Of a stretch of DNA of 64,000 bases, positions 25,396 through 39,350 are shown in pieces. Both the position numbers and the translations under genes were made by a program. The stretch is from Eledone cirrhosa (Eukaryota), in assembly GCA_964016885.1 (NCBI GenBank), contig OZ024743.1, positions 284,766,001 through 284,830,000 of the forward strand, in the 5' to 3' direction. Position 1 is the stretch's first letter. Every line of letters begins with the position of its first letter. The notes beneath the pieces are model-generated. The model was not told where the DNA came from, ran no database searches, and worked only from the letters and a program-made list of their open reading frames with translations.

Positions 25396-27232
25396 GTGTG
25401 TATATATATATATATACACATATATCGTCATCGGTTAACATCTATCTTCCATGCTAACATATATATATATATATATGTATGTATACAGGTAAGATAAGAT
25501 AGAACTAATTATCATGCCTTTTTTTTCTGTAAGTAATTGTTTTAGGAAGATATTTTACTATTAGTAGAAATTGAAAGGATGGGTTCATTCGACTCAATCA
25601 AGTCACCTGAGTATAGTTGAGAGTATGGATAACATTTACATATACTATATTGGTTCCGTTTTAACATTTTATTATTTGAATACTATTCCACTTAATTTAG
25701 ATCACTAATTGCTTTGAAAAACACATGAATGTCACTATTCTCCTTTTATTTTCTCTAAAATTTCAACATATACACTTATATAAGTAACAAGTATTTTGAA
25801 TTCTCTGGATTTCCACCAATTGGGAACATTGTTTAGTGAAAGACTTCTGAAATTAAATATTAAATGTATTATTCATTATTAAGAAAAGGCCACTGCAGAT
25901 CTGATGAAAAAGCAATCAATGATTTTAACACATCATATTCAGAGGTGTCAAAATGGAGACTGAATGCCATAAATAGCAGTCCTAGTATTAGACTATTTAG
26001 ACTTTAGAATTACAATAACCAAGATGACACATAATGACTATGAGGTTCTGGACTACTAATAAAACATCTAACTTGGTACACTATGACCATTTTGGACAAA
26101 GTACTGAGATAGTTTAACTGACTGATAACTTTAGATAACATTAGATAAAGCATCCTACTGTATGAACATTTGCTGCAAAACAAATGAAAAGAAACCTTCC
26201 TTCTATACTAACATAGAAAAATAGATGCAAAATAGGAAAAAACAAAACTGATAAAGTAATAAAAACTTGTTTTTATTTTAGTTATGAATACATAGCCTAG
26301 GAAAAATCAGACTATTTTAATAAGGAAAACAATTGTCTAAGATATTGTGTTTAAATAACTACTTAATGAAAAGGTTAATGACTGAAGTAGGAGGCATAGA
26401 AAAAATATCGAACCATCAGATATCTCTTTTTAGGAACAGCCAAGAAAATTATAGAAGTTAATCTGTGTTTGCTGAATATATATTGGCTTTGAATAAGTCT
26501 GAAAAGCAAATTTTGTCTCTTTGGGGCTTATTTCAGTATGACCTCTGGGTTAATTGCATATCACAAGAGATTTCTGAAGCTGCTGCTGTTAATATGATAT
26601 TGAAATCGTTAACCATAAAACTATTTGTCTCTACTGTCCAGAGATGTATAAATCAATGACTATATGTATTAAGTTTGTAGACTATTTCAAGATCAGAGCT
26701 TGTGTTTAATATTTGATATGTAATTAACAAGAGAAAGCTACAGCTAACAAAAAATGGCAGATTCACTTGAGGTCCAACTCTCATTTTGTGTTTTATTATC
26801 TTAATTTTTTCGCCATTGAAATGTCCATTTTAGGATTTGTAACTGACAGATATATATTTGGAAGGATTAAACCAACAGCACACAAATGCCATATATCATA
26901 CCAGTATGAAGCAAGGTATCAACATGGCTTAGGAACTGTAGTTATAAAAGAAATGCTTCATGAAATATTTCTTCAGGTTGTCCAAAGTGAAACATATATT
27001 TAAATATTTTCCAACAAAAGTATCTGTATAGTTTAACTGCTCAGATTAAGAGGGATGGTAATGTCATGAAAATATATGTTTTGAATTCAGGATCAATAAA
27101 ACTTTAGTATTTATTTTCTTTCACACACTCTCTTCCCCACACACTTTCTGCCTGTCTCTCTCATTCAACTCCCCCTCTCTCAAATGGATTTAGGACTTGA
27201 CATTAATAAAACTCACCAAAGTGCTAGGAGGA

Positions 27233-28607
27233 TTCTTCAGCTGTGTTAAAGACATGACAACTTCTCAAGTGTTAGTGATCTCCACGATAAATACCCATAG
27301 TACACTCTATAAAAGGTTGATGAAAGGCATAGCTATAGATGACCAAACAAGCAGTTGAGATGGTTCTTCAGCAGTGAAAATAACATAACAATCTCCTTAG
27401 TGCTGATGCCATGATAACATGCACTCAGCAGAGTGCCAGAGCATGCAATCAAGATGCACACTGTGCTGAATGTGGAAACATATGTAAGTGAGATGCAGGC
27501 CCCTAGCTCATCTATGTGCTCAATAGCTCTGCTTGAGTACTGACTTGGTTTGTGATGGCCCATCTAACCCTTGCTAGCAGGAAAAATGGACATCAAATGA
27601 TGATATGTTACCAAAATGAATTAGAAAATCTTTGGATGAAGAATCAAGAAATCTAATCCAAACTCTAAAGGAAGTTTATGTAGCTGAGACACTAAAAGTT
27701 TTACAAATAGCAGGTTAACTAGAATCATCCAATAAGCAAAGAATGCATCCAATGTTAATATTAACAAGTAATTCACGTGGAGGTGCCATGGCAAAAAAGC
27801 ACCCAGCACTCACTGTAAATGAGGTTGGTGTTAGAAGGGCATCCAGCTGTAGAAATCAAGCCAGAATCAGTTCCCGTCCCAGCCTTGCAAGCAGGGAAAA
27901 GCAGACGTAAAATGATGATGATGATGATGATGAATTCATATATTCAAGAATATCACAAATATATATTTGGACTATATTTTATTTTTTATTTTCAAAAGAT
28001 CTATCATTTTTAACACCTTTCTCCCTATGGGCCATCACAAACCAAGTCAGTACTCAAGCAGAGCTACTGAGCACATAGATGAGCTAGGGGCCTGCATCTC
28101 GCTTACATATGTTCCCACATCCAACTTAGTGCTCAGACAGGTCACAGTGTGCATCTTGCTTGCATGCTCTGGCACTCTACTGAGTGCATTTTATCATGGC
28201 ATCATCCAAAGATTTTCTAATTCATTTGGGTAACATATCATCATTTGATGTCCATTTTTCCTGCTAGCAAGGGTTAGATGGGCCATCACAAACCAAGTCA
28301 GTACTCAAGCAGAGCTATTGAGCACATAGATGAGCTAGGGGCCTGCATCTCACTTACATATGTTTCCACATTCAGCACAGTGTGCATCTTGATTGCATGC
28401 TCTGGCACTCTGCTGAGTGCATTTTATCATGGCATGAGCACTAAGGAGATTGTCATGTATTTTCACTGCTGAAGAACCATCTCAACTGCTTGTTTGGTCA
28501 TCTATAGCTATGCCTTTCATCAACCTTTTATAGAGTGTACTATGGGTGTTTATCGTGGAGATCACTAACACTTGAGAGGTTGTCATGTCTTTAACACAGC
28601 TGAAGAA
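27233..28607. repeat. Local inverted duplication (~405-bp arms) with an extra partial direct copy
   Basis: 27233-27639 is the reverse complement of ~28202-28607 with few mismatches. 28027-28200 repeats 28278-28433. Confidence 0.92.
27775..27932 (+). mobile_element. 3' tail fragment of the RTE-A partner SINE
   Basis: Matches 8097-8250 and ends in (GAT)n. Confidence 0.85.
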
Positions 28608-28774
28608 CTTTAACCACACACATTTTAATGGTCTATATTGAAAGCTAAGGGTTGTATTTGGTACAACCATTAGACTGGGTTGTGATATTTTAGTACCTAG
28701 GATTTTTTTCAACACGCTGATGCATATGTATATGTGTGTGCATGTGCATATGCATACATTTATATGTATCAATA

Positions 28775-29142
28775 TCATCATCATCATCATCATCACCGTT
28801 TTACGTCCGTTCTTCCACGCTAGCATAGGTTAGACGGGTTGTCCTGTTGTGGGCAGTGTCTGGTCGGCTGACCATGCCTTGCTCATACAGGAACTGATTT
28901 GGCTTGATTTCTACAGCTGGATGCCCTTCCTAACACCAACCTCATTTACAGTGAGTGGTGGGTGCTTTTTCGTGGTGCCTACACGTCCACTTTACAGTGT
29001 GGGCTGGGTGCTTTTTTGCCGTGGCACCTCCACAACCACCTTGCGGTGGGAGGTGTGGGGGCATATTGTCTATATGCTTCAGCTTGTACCCATGGGAGGT
29101 CGGGTACTCTGTATTACTGCGTGACGCCAGAGGTCACGGTCA
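28775..29142 (-). mobile_element. RTE family A 3' end
   Basis: Reverse complement of ~6273-6645. Confidence 0.93.
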
Positions 29143-30297
29143 TAAATATAAACGTGCAACACAGACACACTTACAAAAATACACTCACAGACATACATTC
29201 ACACAAACATACACTCATACAAACACATACATACACATACATTTACACACACAAACATACACTCACACATACACTCCCTCACAGCATAGCAAATAGAACG
29301 CCAGCTGCTGTTTTGCTATAGTTTTTTCATCATCCCCTTCCTTCCTTTTACACACACATACATTCACACAAACATACACACACGTTGTGTGACAGATGGA
29401 TGGAAGTCACTCAAATTTATATATAAATTAAAGTAATCTCTAAACTTTACAGGCTATTGATGATCCATGCCAGAAATAATCAGTTGATTATATTTATAAA
29501 CAAAAGAATATATTCTTCTTCCATGGAGTGTTTATCACCTAAACTATTAGTTTCTACTTCTCACAGTACATCACCAAACACTATAGTTTACACTCCACTA
29601 ATGATTACATATAGTTGAATGAATTGTCATTTTGTTGATGATTCTTTTTCCTTCTTGTCAAATGCTTTCTGTCAGATGTGTCACAGTGAAATAACACTTG
29701 TCCTTGTGTTCAGCCTGCTGAATTGTTGAGAGACATTTCTACAATAACAGTGCATCAATTAAGTTATAATGAAATTATACTAAACTCCTGAGAATATTGA
29801 TGATAATTGATAGGAAGATCATTAATCCTCAAAATCAAAAACAAATCTTTTTCATTGCAACTGCTGGCAGATGTGTTGCCATTCACCCCCACCCCACCCC
29901 CTTCGTGACAGGAGATGGGGTTTGAACTCAGAACACAGAACTGCTACAGATACTGGCACTTTTAACAATTCCACTAATCCACCATCCCTGGACTGATACT
30001 TTATTTATTGACCTATGAAAAAATGGAAGGCAAAGTTGTCTTAGGATTTGAATTCAGGGTATAAAGAACCAGAACAAATACTACAAAGCATTCTTTTCAG
30101 CATTCTCACAACTCCTGAGAAATCTTACAAGCTATACTCAGAAATTTATTGTTATCATAGCAACTTTAATATTAATAATTTCAAAATCCACTACAAAACT
30201 TAGCCTCTACAGGATTTAAGCTCAGCACTGCACTTAACAAACCACTCATTAGATACACTCTATTCTCTCACCATCTGCAACCCCATGTTGTCTAAAC

Positions 30298-30604
30298 CAG
30301 AGGTCTTCAACCACTGGGCCAGACTGGTACTGGTCCGTGGATCATTTGCTACTGGGCCACAAAGAAATAATTAACTTGTTTAAAATTATATAATAGATAA
30401 ATTGAATATTGGACTTTAATTTTTAAAAATTTACATGAGAGTCAAAAGATTATACACTTTTTCTTCCTTTCATAAATTTCTCTTTTTATTATTGCTCTCT
30501 TTATCGAAATAAACTTAAATAACATATATGTGCAACTACCGGTCTAAGGAAAGATTGTCCGGCATGAAGCCGATCCATGGTATAAAAAAGGTTGGAGACC
30601 ACTG
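30298..30604. mobile_element. Non-autonomous hAT (Charlie/Buster-like) MITE
   Basis: TIRs CAGAGGTCTTCAACC and GGTTGGAGACCACTG, with a perfect 8-bp TSD GTCTAAAC at 30290-30297 and 30605-30612. Confidence 0.9.
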
Positions 30605-31625
30605 GTCTAAACTATAGTCTGTATGTTAGCCAGGTCACAAACAACACAGGTAACAGAGTATGAACTGACACTCATTTGTTTAGTCAACCCTCTCCTTAAT
30701 AACTCATCCAATCATTGATTGAATTTATGAAGAACTTATCATATTCTATGCTAATATGTTCAAAATAGATTTACAGTTGGTCAAAATGTTGGTTGGTTGA
30801 TTAAAAGAGTTATAACTTATTTCTGTTACACTATGTCAATCTATGGCCAAAACACTTTAAATGTTACTACCACAGTTTATCTAGCTGTAAATAGACACTA
30901 TGGTTAACACAATTCAACACTGTAGGCTACAGGAACACAATATTATTATTTAGTATTTTCTTAGCTTACAACTCTAAGTGCAAACCTTATAAACCTAGTG
31001 TAGGTACCGAAAGAAAAAAAAGAAAAGAAGAAACATTGAACAAAACCTCCTTATCTTCAAAGAGATCATGAAATAAGAAGGATCAACAGGAGTTGAATCT
31101 CTGCAGGACACATTCTATTGCATGAAGTGATGAAGAAGAGAGAAGATAATGAGGCAAAAGGAAAATAGGTTCCAAGAAAAATATAGACTTCTTACGTCTT
31201 GTTTTGTCGACATCTGTACCTACAGATTGTTTACTTTCACCTTCTTTAGTGTTACAGACTCTGATATCATAGTTGCTATGGAAGTAATAATTCTGCTCAA
31301 TCGTCTAATAGAATTTAATAACTTAATTGGTGCACAGCTGAACATTTTGTGTATGTGTAAATATATGTCTGTCTGCAAGTGCTCATTTATATTCTAGAAA
31401 GTAGAGATATTTGAGAATATATAAGATTAAGAGTTTAGATATAGCTATATTTGATAAAAAAAAGGCAGTGTTTAGAAAAAAGTGAATTTACAATATTTAT
31501 TAACACCAATATTTACTATACTTTATAATCACCCACTTTAAATTTGTCAGTGATATTTTGCATTATACTAAGATGTTTCTGTTATGCATGTATTATCCTT
31601 TTACATCTCAGATGTTTATTCAAAT

Positions 31626-31686
31626 CAGGACAACCCGTCTAACCCATGCTAGCATGGAAGAACGAACGTAAAACGGTGATGATGAT
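31626..31686 (+). mobile_element. Extreme 3' end of RTE family A (~60 bp)
   Basis: CAGGACAACCCGTCTAACCCATGCTAGCATGGAAGAACG...GATGATGAT. Confidence 0.85.
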
Positions 31687-31711
31687 CCACTCTCAACTGA
31701 TACTCTATTAA

Positions 31712-31789
31712 ACAGGGCAGGGCATAAAGATCTCTCATATTCTTTTTTTATATCCCTTCAAAATGTAGATCTTTATGCCCCTACCCTGT
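31712..31789. repeat. Small inverted-repeat (MITE-like) insert
   Basis: ACAGGGCAGGGCATAAAGATCT...AGATCTTTATGCCCCTACCCTGT. Confidence 0.7.
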
Positions 31790-31829
31790 ATAAATCTCAA
31801 AAGGATAAAAAGTTGAGTTGACCGTGGCA

Positions 31830-32015
31830 GGAATAAATGTTATGCTGCAAGGAAGAAGGGGAGTTTATCATTTCTGCACGAACTCATTTGGCATGAGATA
31901 CAATGTCAACTGATTAATAAGTCAACAAATAAATTGACATTACATCTCTTTATGCCAGAGGGTTTGGCTGGAAACAGTAGACTTCTCTTTTTCTCAGTGA
32001 TATAACATTTATTCC
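31830..32015. repeat. Old imperfect fold-back (MITE-like)
   Basis: GGAATAAATGTTAT/ATAACATTTATTCC termini, with inner TGGCAT..GAGAT..AATGTCAA pairing to TTGACATT..ATCTC..ATGCCA. Confidence 0.65.
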
Positions 32016-32303
32016 ACTATTTAAATTATTTGTATTACTATTTGTTAGTATCAACCATCCCTAGTTTCCATAGATTCTACTGTTTTACTGTTAGTTGTTT
32101 ATTTCTTTAATATTACTTTTGTTTGTTAATTAATACATAATCAGATCAAATGCTTTTTTGGTATTTGTTCCAGCTCACTGCTCACTGAGTTCAAATCCTG
32201 CAGAGGTCAACTTTGCCTTTCAAATTTTTAAGGTTGATAAAAAAGTACCAGTCTAGTACTTGGGATTGATTATTCCTCCAAATCTCTTTTTCACTCCAAA
32301 CCC

Positions 32304-32365
<62 letters not shown>

Positions 32366-32799
32366 TCTCTTGCAGAAATTGGCTGTGTTCAAACTTTAAG
32401 AGGGGATGGGCTTCAAGGGGTTTCAAGTGCCCAAGAATTGCCATATATCATGATTGCACCCCTACAAGTCCATCAGGAGTTACAGGCCCATACACAGATA
32501 ATGCATGTGTGCTTATGCACAAGATTCATTTAATTTCATTTTGTTTTTAACTTCTGTTTTTTTCGGCAGTGTTTTCTATAGTCAAATGGCTTTTCTGAAG
32601 CCGACCTATATTATATATATATATTATTTTTTGGAGAGTATGGTATATACTGCTCATCTTTGTGAAACTAGTTAGCTGAGGGACATACTGTTTCTAAAGG
32701 ACATAAATAAACATCACTGTTTACTTTAAATAATATCAGTGTGAAGACAGATACATGCACACACACACACACATAGTTAGCAGTAAGAAGTCAAGAAAA

Positions 32800-33030
32800 G
32801 AAACTTTTTCAAATCCAAGGAATGTTCTATAGTAGTTGATATCTTCTGTTACTTAAATGACCTAATTAGCAGTGAAGGAGGTTGATCTGAAAGCATAACA
32901 AGAATAAGAAGTTCATGGAGCTGCTACCTCTATTGACTATGAAGGGTTTCTCTTTCCTGGTGAAGTGTAGATTATATGATACCTGCATACATAGTGTAAT
33001 GCTGCATGGGAATGATACATGGACACTGTT
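32800..33030 (+). mobile_element. Degenerate RTE fragment
   Basis: ELLPLLTMKGFSFLVKCRLYDTCIHSVMLHGNDTW matches the RTE C-terminal region. Confidence 0.8.
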
Positions 33031-33059
33031 TGATAGCTCGTTAAGCTTCCAAGAACGTG

Positions 33060-33570
33060 AGAATAAAATAAGTACCAGTCATTTATTGGGATTTAATTCA
33101 ATTGATAAATGTTGGTCCTTGCACAACATGCTTTGCAGCATAGAGTTTAGCCCTTTACATTCTCAGTTCAAATCTTGTCTTAAGAGTTTAATAAAATAAA
33201 GTACCAGTATCTCACTGGGGTTGATTTAATCAACTTTTCCTATCTGCAAATTATTGGCTTTGTGCCCAAATCAGAAACTATTATTGTTATTATTGATTGG
33301 CAGAATTGTTAGAATGCTTTATACAATACTTTTGGGTGTTTATTTAAGCTCTTTTTGTTCAAATTTCATCAAAGTTTGTTTTTTACCTTTTTGGGGTCAA
33401 TAAAATAAGATACCGGTCAATTACTGAGGCTGATTTAATTGACTTACCCATTCCTTTAAACTTTTGGATATGTGCCTAAATTAGAAACTATTAAGGGCAG
33501 TATATTAGCAGAATTGTTGGTGCATTGGGTAAAATGCTTTGCAATTTGTTTTTCTGGCACTTTAGCTTCC
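33060..33570 (+). mobile_element. Tandem cluster of degenerate Nin-type SINEs
   Basis: Repeated AATAAAATAA(A)GTACCAG...CTGGGG.TGATTTAAT...TTGTGCC.AAAT.AGAAACTATT units. Confidence 0.65.
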
Positions 33571-34749
33571 AAGTATATATATTTTATTTCGTTAGAAATA
33601 TGATAATGAAAGTGATGTTCCAAATAGCAGCTTCATAATGGAGAAATTAGTTATTTTACTAATCCTGTCCAAATTTTTGTTTATTTCCAAAATTAAATGA
33701 AACATATCAACAGTGTTTTTTCTTTGGATTATGGTTACAAAAGGGTTACACCTCAGAAATAAGAAGTTGTGACATTCATGCTTTTCTCAAGGATATTAGT
33801 AAAGTTTATATTATTACTAACAGACTATTTGCCATTACGTTAGAAAGAAGATCCTAAAATAAAAATAAAAAAAAGTAACACGCTATAGTTGTTCTTTAGT
33901 TTATCATAATTGTTTTGATGAAATGAAGCAGAAAAAGAAATTAACTTTGGCAACCTGGCTTCTTTTGAGAGAATTCCATTGTTTTGTATTTTTTCTTGTT
34001 TTAGCTTTACACCAGTTTTTCATTTTTTTTTCTTTACTTCCTTTTGTAGCTTTTTTTATTTTTTACTTTTAATTCATCAGCAGAACAAACTGGTTTTGTT
34101 TTCTATTATATATTTTATTTTTCTTCTTAACTTCATGTCTGAAGAGGAAGGAATATTACCTGTGGGAGCCATCAATATTCAGAAGTGTGGATGGAAAGAG
34201 AAATGTTAGTGCAATTCATGTGTGGTATTGTAGTTAGTGATGATCAACTAAATTGATAGAGTAGAAAACAACCAGTATTGTTAGTCTTGTCATTGAGACT
34301 AAGTTGTGTCTACCATCATGAACTTTAGGTGTTCCTCCTTTTTACAATTGATAAAATATAAATGAGTAATATTATATAATAGGATAATCATAAGCCATCA
34401 AAGGATCTTTTACACAGTCACTTGATCTAGAAGAAATAGCAGCTAAACCTCCCTCGCACCATACTCTACTGTCTTAAAAACAAAGATAGACATGCAAGAA
34501 CTATAATACATATACCAAAATGAAGTCAAGGTCATTGAGAGAAGCATCTTTGATATTAGGTGGTCAAACCTATACAGTACTGGAATATATGATTTACAAT
34601 ATTTAACTTTGTCCTTCTTGCTTTCAGTTTCAAATCTTATTGTGATTGACTTTGTTTTTCATCCTTCCAGGGTTTGATAAAATAAATATATAATAAAACT
34701 AAAATCAGATCAGTGAACTTATAGTATTTCATTTTAAAATATTTACCTT

Positions 34750-35052
34750 TATCACCATCATCATCACCACTATCATACATCTATTTTCCAAGCATGCATG
34801 GGTTAGATGGCTTGTCATAATCTGAAGCTAGTCCAGTCAGATTACCATATCTTGCCTAAATGTTCCATTTGGGGGTTTGGTTTCTATGACTTGATGCCCT
34901 TCCTAATGCCAATCACTTTACAAAATGTATTGAGAGCATTTTATTGTGACTCCAGCACTACCACCTTACAGGGTAGACTGGGTGTTCTTTATTGTAGCTC
35001 CAGCACCACCACTTTATAGAAAAGGCTAAGTGTGTTTTATCATGGCACCAAC
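34750..35052 (-). mobile_element. Old RTE-type 3' UTR with at least three pseudoknot modules
   Basis: CAT-type tail, TTGATGCCCTTCCTAATGCCAA and repeated TTTTATTGT..CTCCAGCAC units. Confidence 0.7.
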
Positions 35053-35967
35053 AGGTTGTGCCTAGAAAAATACTGTGATTTTTAAAAATCATACACCTAA
35101 AGGGTTAATAATTCTATTTGTTGGCTTTCCTAAATATTTCATAATCTCAGCAATATCAAGATTGTTTTTAGAAAGCCAACATTTTAGTTATTGCATTCCT
35201 CTCAATCATGAAACAAAATACCTCAACTAGCTATTTAATACATACAAATCATTTGACCTGCTAGAAATAGCTGCTAAATATTTTTTTAATTCCATCCCCC
35301 CTATCACCTTAAAAATGGAAGAATATGTTTAACAATGTCCTCATAAATCTACAAAAAAGGCAGGAAAGATAAAGCTAGATTACATTTTGAACATAAGTCT
35401 GCTGAAACAGAATTGAACCTGGAGCTAAACAATAATAACTAAGGATGTTTCCCACAACTATATGCCACCTTTGCAATAATTAGTACTGTATCGATATAAG
35501 ACATCAATATGTAGTGCATTAAATTTTGATTAACATTAGATTAGAACTGTCCTTTTACAATTAAGCCTTCCGAAAATTGAAGTGTCAAATTATGCTCAAA
35601 TACATTAACCATTTATCATTTTAAAACACATATTTGATTGTCATAAAACAATATGATTTGCTGACAAGTTACATCCACCATATCACACCCAATATGGTTT
35701 TTGTATGAATACATCAAGAAAACAATAGTATTGAGAGACCTAAAGGGATAAAGAGATAATAATCATTGATATGAAGAATTAAGAGTTGAATGGTAATATT
35801 TTTAGCTGAAGTCGTGTGAATTCTTATAGCTTTTATAGCTATATAAATGAGGTGGTGTGTGATGGGGTCTGTTATGCTGAGGATTAACACACTGTTCATA
35901 TTGCAACTATCATTTTGTAAAAGTCATGCATATTTATTAATTGCACTAACCTCCTGTTACATGCATG

Positions 35968-36034
<67 letters not shown>

Positions 36035-36732
36035 TATATACTTATGTAAAAGTCAATCCTATGTGAAAGTTGACTTTAGTTCTTCAGAGAGGAAAGATCA
36101 ATGTTTTTGAAATATTAAAAATAATAAAAAAGACCAACTTGAATACAGCTTTTTTTTTTATTACTGAATTTTAATTTTATTAAAATTTCAAACATAAACA
36201 CAAGGAATCAAAATATTAAACCTGAATAAAGCATTTCATTCTATGCTGAAAATAAAATAGAATAATGATTATGTTACGTATGTTGTCACTAATTATTATT
36301 TATAATTAGATTCTGTAAAATAATGACGATCTTGTGCATGTCGCCAATTGTTAATGATAATTAGATTCTGTAAAATAATGACTATAGTGTGTATGTCAAC
36401 ATTTCTTATTGTAAAATCAGGAATGATAATACATTTGCTTAACTGGTGCAACATGTTGAACAAACAGTCAACTAGAAATGGTATTGTGTTACAATAGCAA
36501 TTATACAACAAAGTGAAAGAAACAGTAGAAAAGTTGAAGCTTTCTTGCCTAAATTGGCTGGCAACAAGATTCACACTAAGTATCAAAGGTAGTTTAAGTT
36601 TTCACACATTGCTGTCATCTTCTTTCATTTGTTAATGACCCTAGATTTACAGAACAATAGAGCACTATCTTGTTTCAATGATCACCTGAATTGCAAAATG
36701 AAATTGTTCTAGTCTCGTGATAGAATACATTA

Positions 36733-37122
36733 CAGTCCACTATGTAAGATGGTAGTGCTGCTGCCATGATAAAAAGCACCCAGTTCACCATGTAAAGTGA
36801 TAGTGCTGGTGCTACAACAAAAGCACCCACTCTACTCTACTCTGTAAGATGATAATGCTGGTGCCATGATAAAATGCACCCAGTCTACCCTGTAAAGTGG
36901 TGGTGCTACAACAAAAGTAACCACTCCATTCTATAAAGTGGCAGTATTGGTGCCATAAAAATGCTTGCCATCCATGCTATAAAGTGGTTGACATTAGCAA
37001 GGGCATCCATAAAACCAAACCAAAAACAGAATGTGATCACCTGACCTGTTTGACCTTAGAATATGACAAGCCATCTAACCCATGCATGGAAAATAAACAT
37101 ATAAGGCTGATGGTTATGATGA
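36733..37122 (+). mobile_element. Old RTE-type 3' UTR with about five tandem hairpin/pseudoknot modules
   Basis: Repeated TGTAAAGTG...GGTGC...AAAAGCACC units, then AAGGGCATCC, CCATCTAACCCATGCATGG and a GAT tail. Confidence 0.75.
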
Positions 37123-38566
37123 TTTCTGTAGTACATACAGTATTCTAAAATTTAGAGTTAGCATCTCAATCATACTTTCAGCCTATAATGTGATAGACAA
37201 GTATATTATCTTGTTAATTTTTAGATGACAGATGGTGCTACAAATTTAATGTATTAAAAATAACATTTCTCTCAGTAACAAATTAAACATTTTATTTTTT
37301 AAACACTTTTTAAATTAACATCATAAAGTAAAAGTTGGTTGTGCCCCAGCATGACCACATTCCATTGGCTTAAAACCAATGAAAGAGTAATTTATAAACT
37401 ATTCTTGCTCTTCTTACAATAGTACAGAATCAAAACCAGTCCAGAGATTTAGTTCAAGATTTTTCACCAAATCAGATACCTTGGTGGTGGTGGTAATGGT
37501 GGTGGTAGTAGTAGTAGAGGTGGTGGTGGTGGTAGTGTCGGAGATAATGCACTTTTAATATACTCAAAGTCTGTTTGCAGATATATCAGTTACTATACTG
37601 TCCAACTTAATTTATTTGGGTATGGAGAGACTCACTAGTTTACAACATATTTGTTGTCTTGCCAAATGATTGGCTATTATATTTTAACTTTTGCTTAGAG
37701 AGAGCAACAAGACTTATGAATCCAACTAATTATTTCATGTACTCTAGTACAGGTATTGTTCTACTGGCTGGAAAGATTATTGGATCATAAGACTTTTTGT
37801 AATGTTGGCAACAGGTTAACTTTAACTGACATGGTCCATCTGACTGTAAAGAGATGACAGTACCAGTAATGTACTGGGTAATTGCTGGCCTTGTGCCTAA
37901 AGTAGAAACAATTATAAGGTGAGAATGAATGTTATGGAATCTTAAGGGTGCTGGCCTGCTGTTCAGGATATCGTTTTCTCATGTAATTATGTAACTACTA
38001 CCACACAACAAGGTGTATGTCTTAATGGATCCATTCGCCAAGCTATAAATAGGTGCTGTGTGAAGGCACAGTTCCCCATTATAAGTCAAAAGTACCTTGA
38101 ACAGTTCTTTAGCTTGTAGCAGTGGATTTTTGGAATATACAAACAAATACTTTTTGAAATGTTTCAAGTGAATGGCTGCAATTTGCTCATGACTGATATA
38201 GATGTTCCCTTGTTGACTTGTTCATTTGTGTTGTTATTTCTGGATGTGTTAATGCCATTGTTATTGTTAATGGTGTAAATATCACTAAAATAAGATGTAC
38301 TGAACATTACAATCAGGCAACATCCAATATCATTTAATCACATAAAGCACAAGACAGCTAGTTCTTCACTGAAGAGATAACTCTAGCCAAAGACTTAATG
38401 AAATTGTAGAATCTCATTAAACCCGACATATCAAACATATCTATTATATTTTGATGACTATTGATTGAAGCTACATCACAATAATTGTTTCAACTGCTCA
38501 TAATAATTTCCAGGAGCTATTTCTCCATCAATTGATGTATCATTGTAATTTATTATTATTGCTTTT

Positions 38567-38792
38567 AAGGGCAGTAGATTGGCAGCATTGGTAGAGCATC
38601 AGATAACATACTTTGCGGCATATATTTACATCTCTTTACATTCTGAATTCAAATCCCACTGAGGTTAGTTTTGCCTTTCATCCTTATGAGATTGATAAAA
38701 TATAGTACCAGTAACATACTGGGGTTTATTTAATCGATTTTCCCCTCTCCCAAAATTGTTGGCCTTGTGCCTAAATCAGAAACCATTATTAT
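38567..38792 (+). mobile_element. Nin-type SINE (long subfamily)
   Basis: tRNA-like head, GCCTTTCATCCTT...GATAAAAT..GTACCAG body and (ATT)n tail. Confidence 0.82.
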
Positions 38793-39127
38793 TGCTTTTA
38801 AGAATAGTTAGCTACTAGAAGGATACCAAATGTTACCCAAGAAACAATGCACTAATTTGGTGACCAATCTTTTGGAAGAGAATCATAATTCTGCATGAAT
38901 TTATTATTTCCCAAATATTGTTTATATTAGTTATTACTGAGATAACAGGCTTCTTTTTAATTCTGAAAAATTTTCTTTCATTTATATAATTCACTAAAAA
39001 AGGAAAACACACACACATACACATGTAGGTGTCATGTGAATGTATCTATGTATTGTGTGTCTTTTGTATGTTTTCACTATGTTTATGTGTGTGTGTTCAC
39101 AATTAGATGTGTGTTTATTATTTGTGT

Positions 39128-39350
39128 AGGGTGGTGGATTGGCATTATTGGTAGAGTGTCAGACAATATGCTTTGCAGCATAATGTTGGCCCTTTATGTT
39201 CTGAGTTCAGATCCTGCCGAGGTTAACTTTGCCTTTCATCCGTGCAGAATCAATAAAATAAAGCACCAGTAATACACTGGGGTTGATTTAATTGACTTGC
39301 CCCTTCCCCTAAAATTGTTGGCCTTGTGCCTAAATCAGAAATCATTATTT
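39128..39350 (+). mobile_element. Nin-type SINE (long subfamily)
   Basis: Same family as 38567-38792. Confidence 0.82.

Noticed and set aside
36302-36383. Direct repeat ATAATTAGATTCTGTAAAATAATGAC at 55-bp spacing
   Set aside because: It could be a long TSD or small duplication around ~29 bp, but there is no further structure to interpret.
36733-36990. CRISPR-like repeat array
   Set aside because: The context is eukaryotic, the units are degenerate tandem copies with no unique spacers, and they belong to an RTE 3' UTR.
37960-38290. Possible minus-strand host exon
   Set aside because: All frames from the candidate acceptor hit stops and no domain is recognisable.
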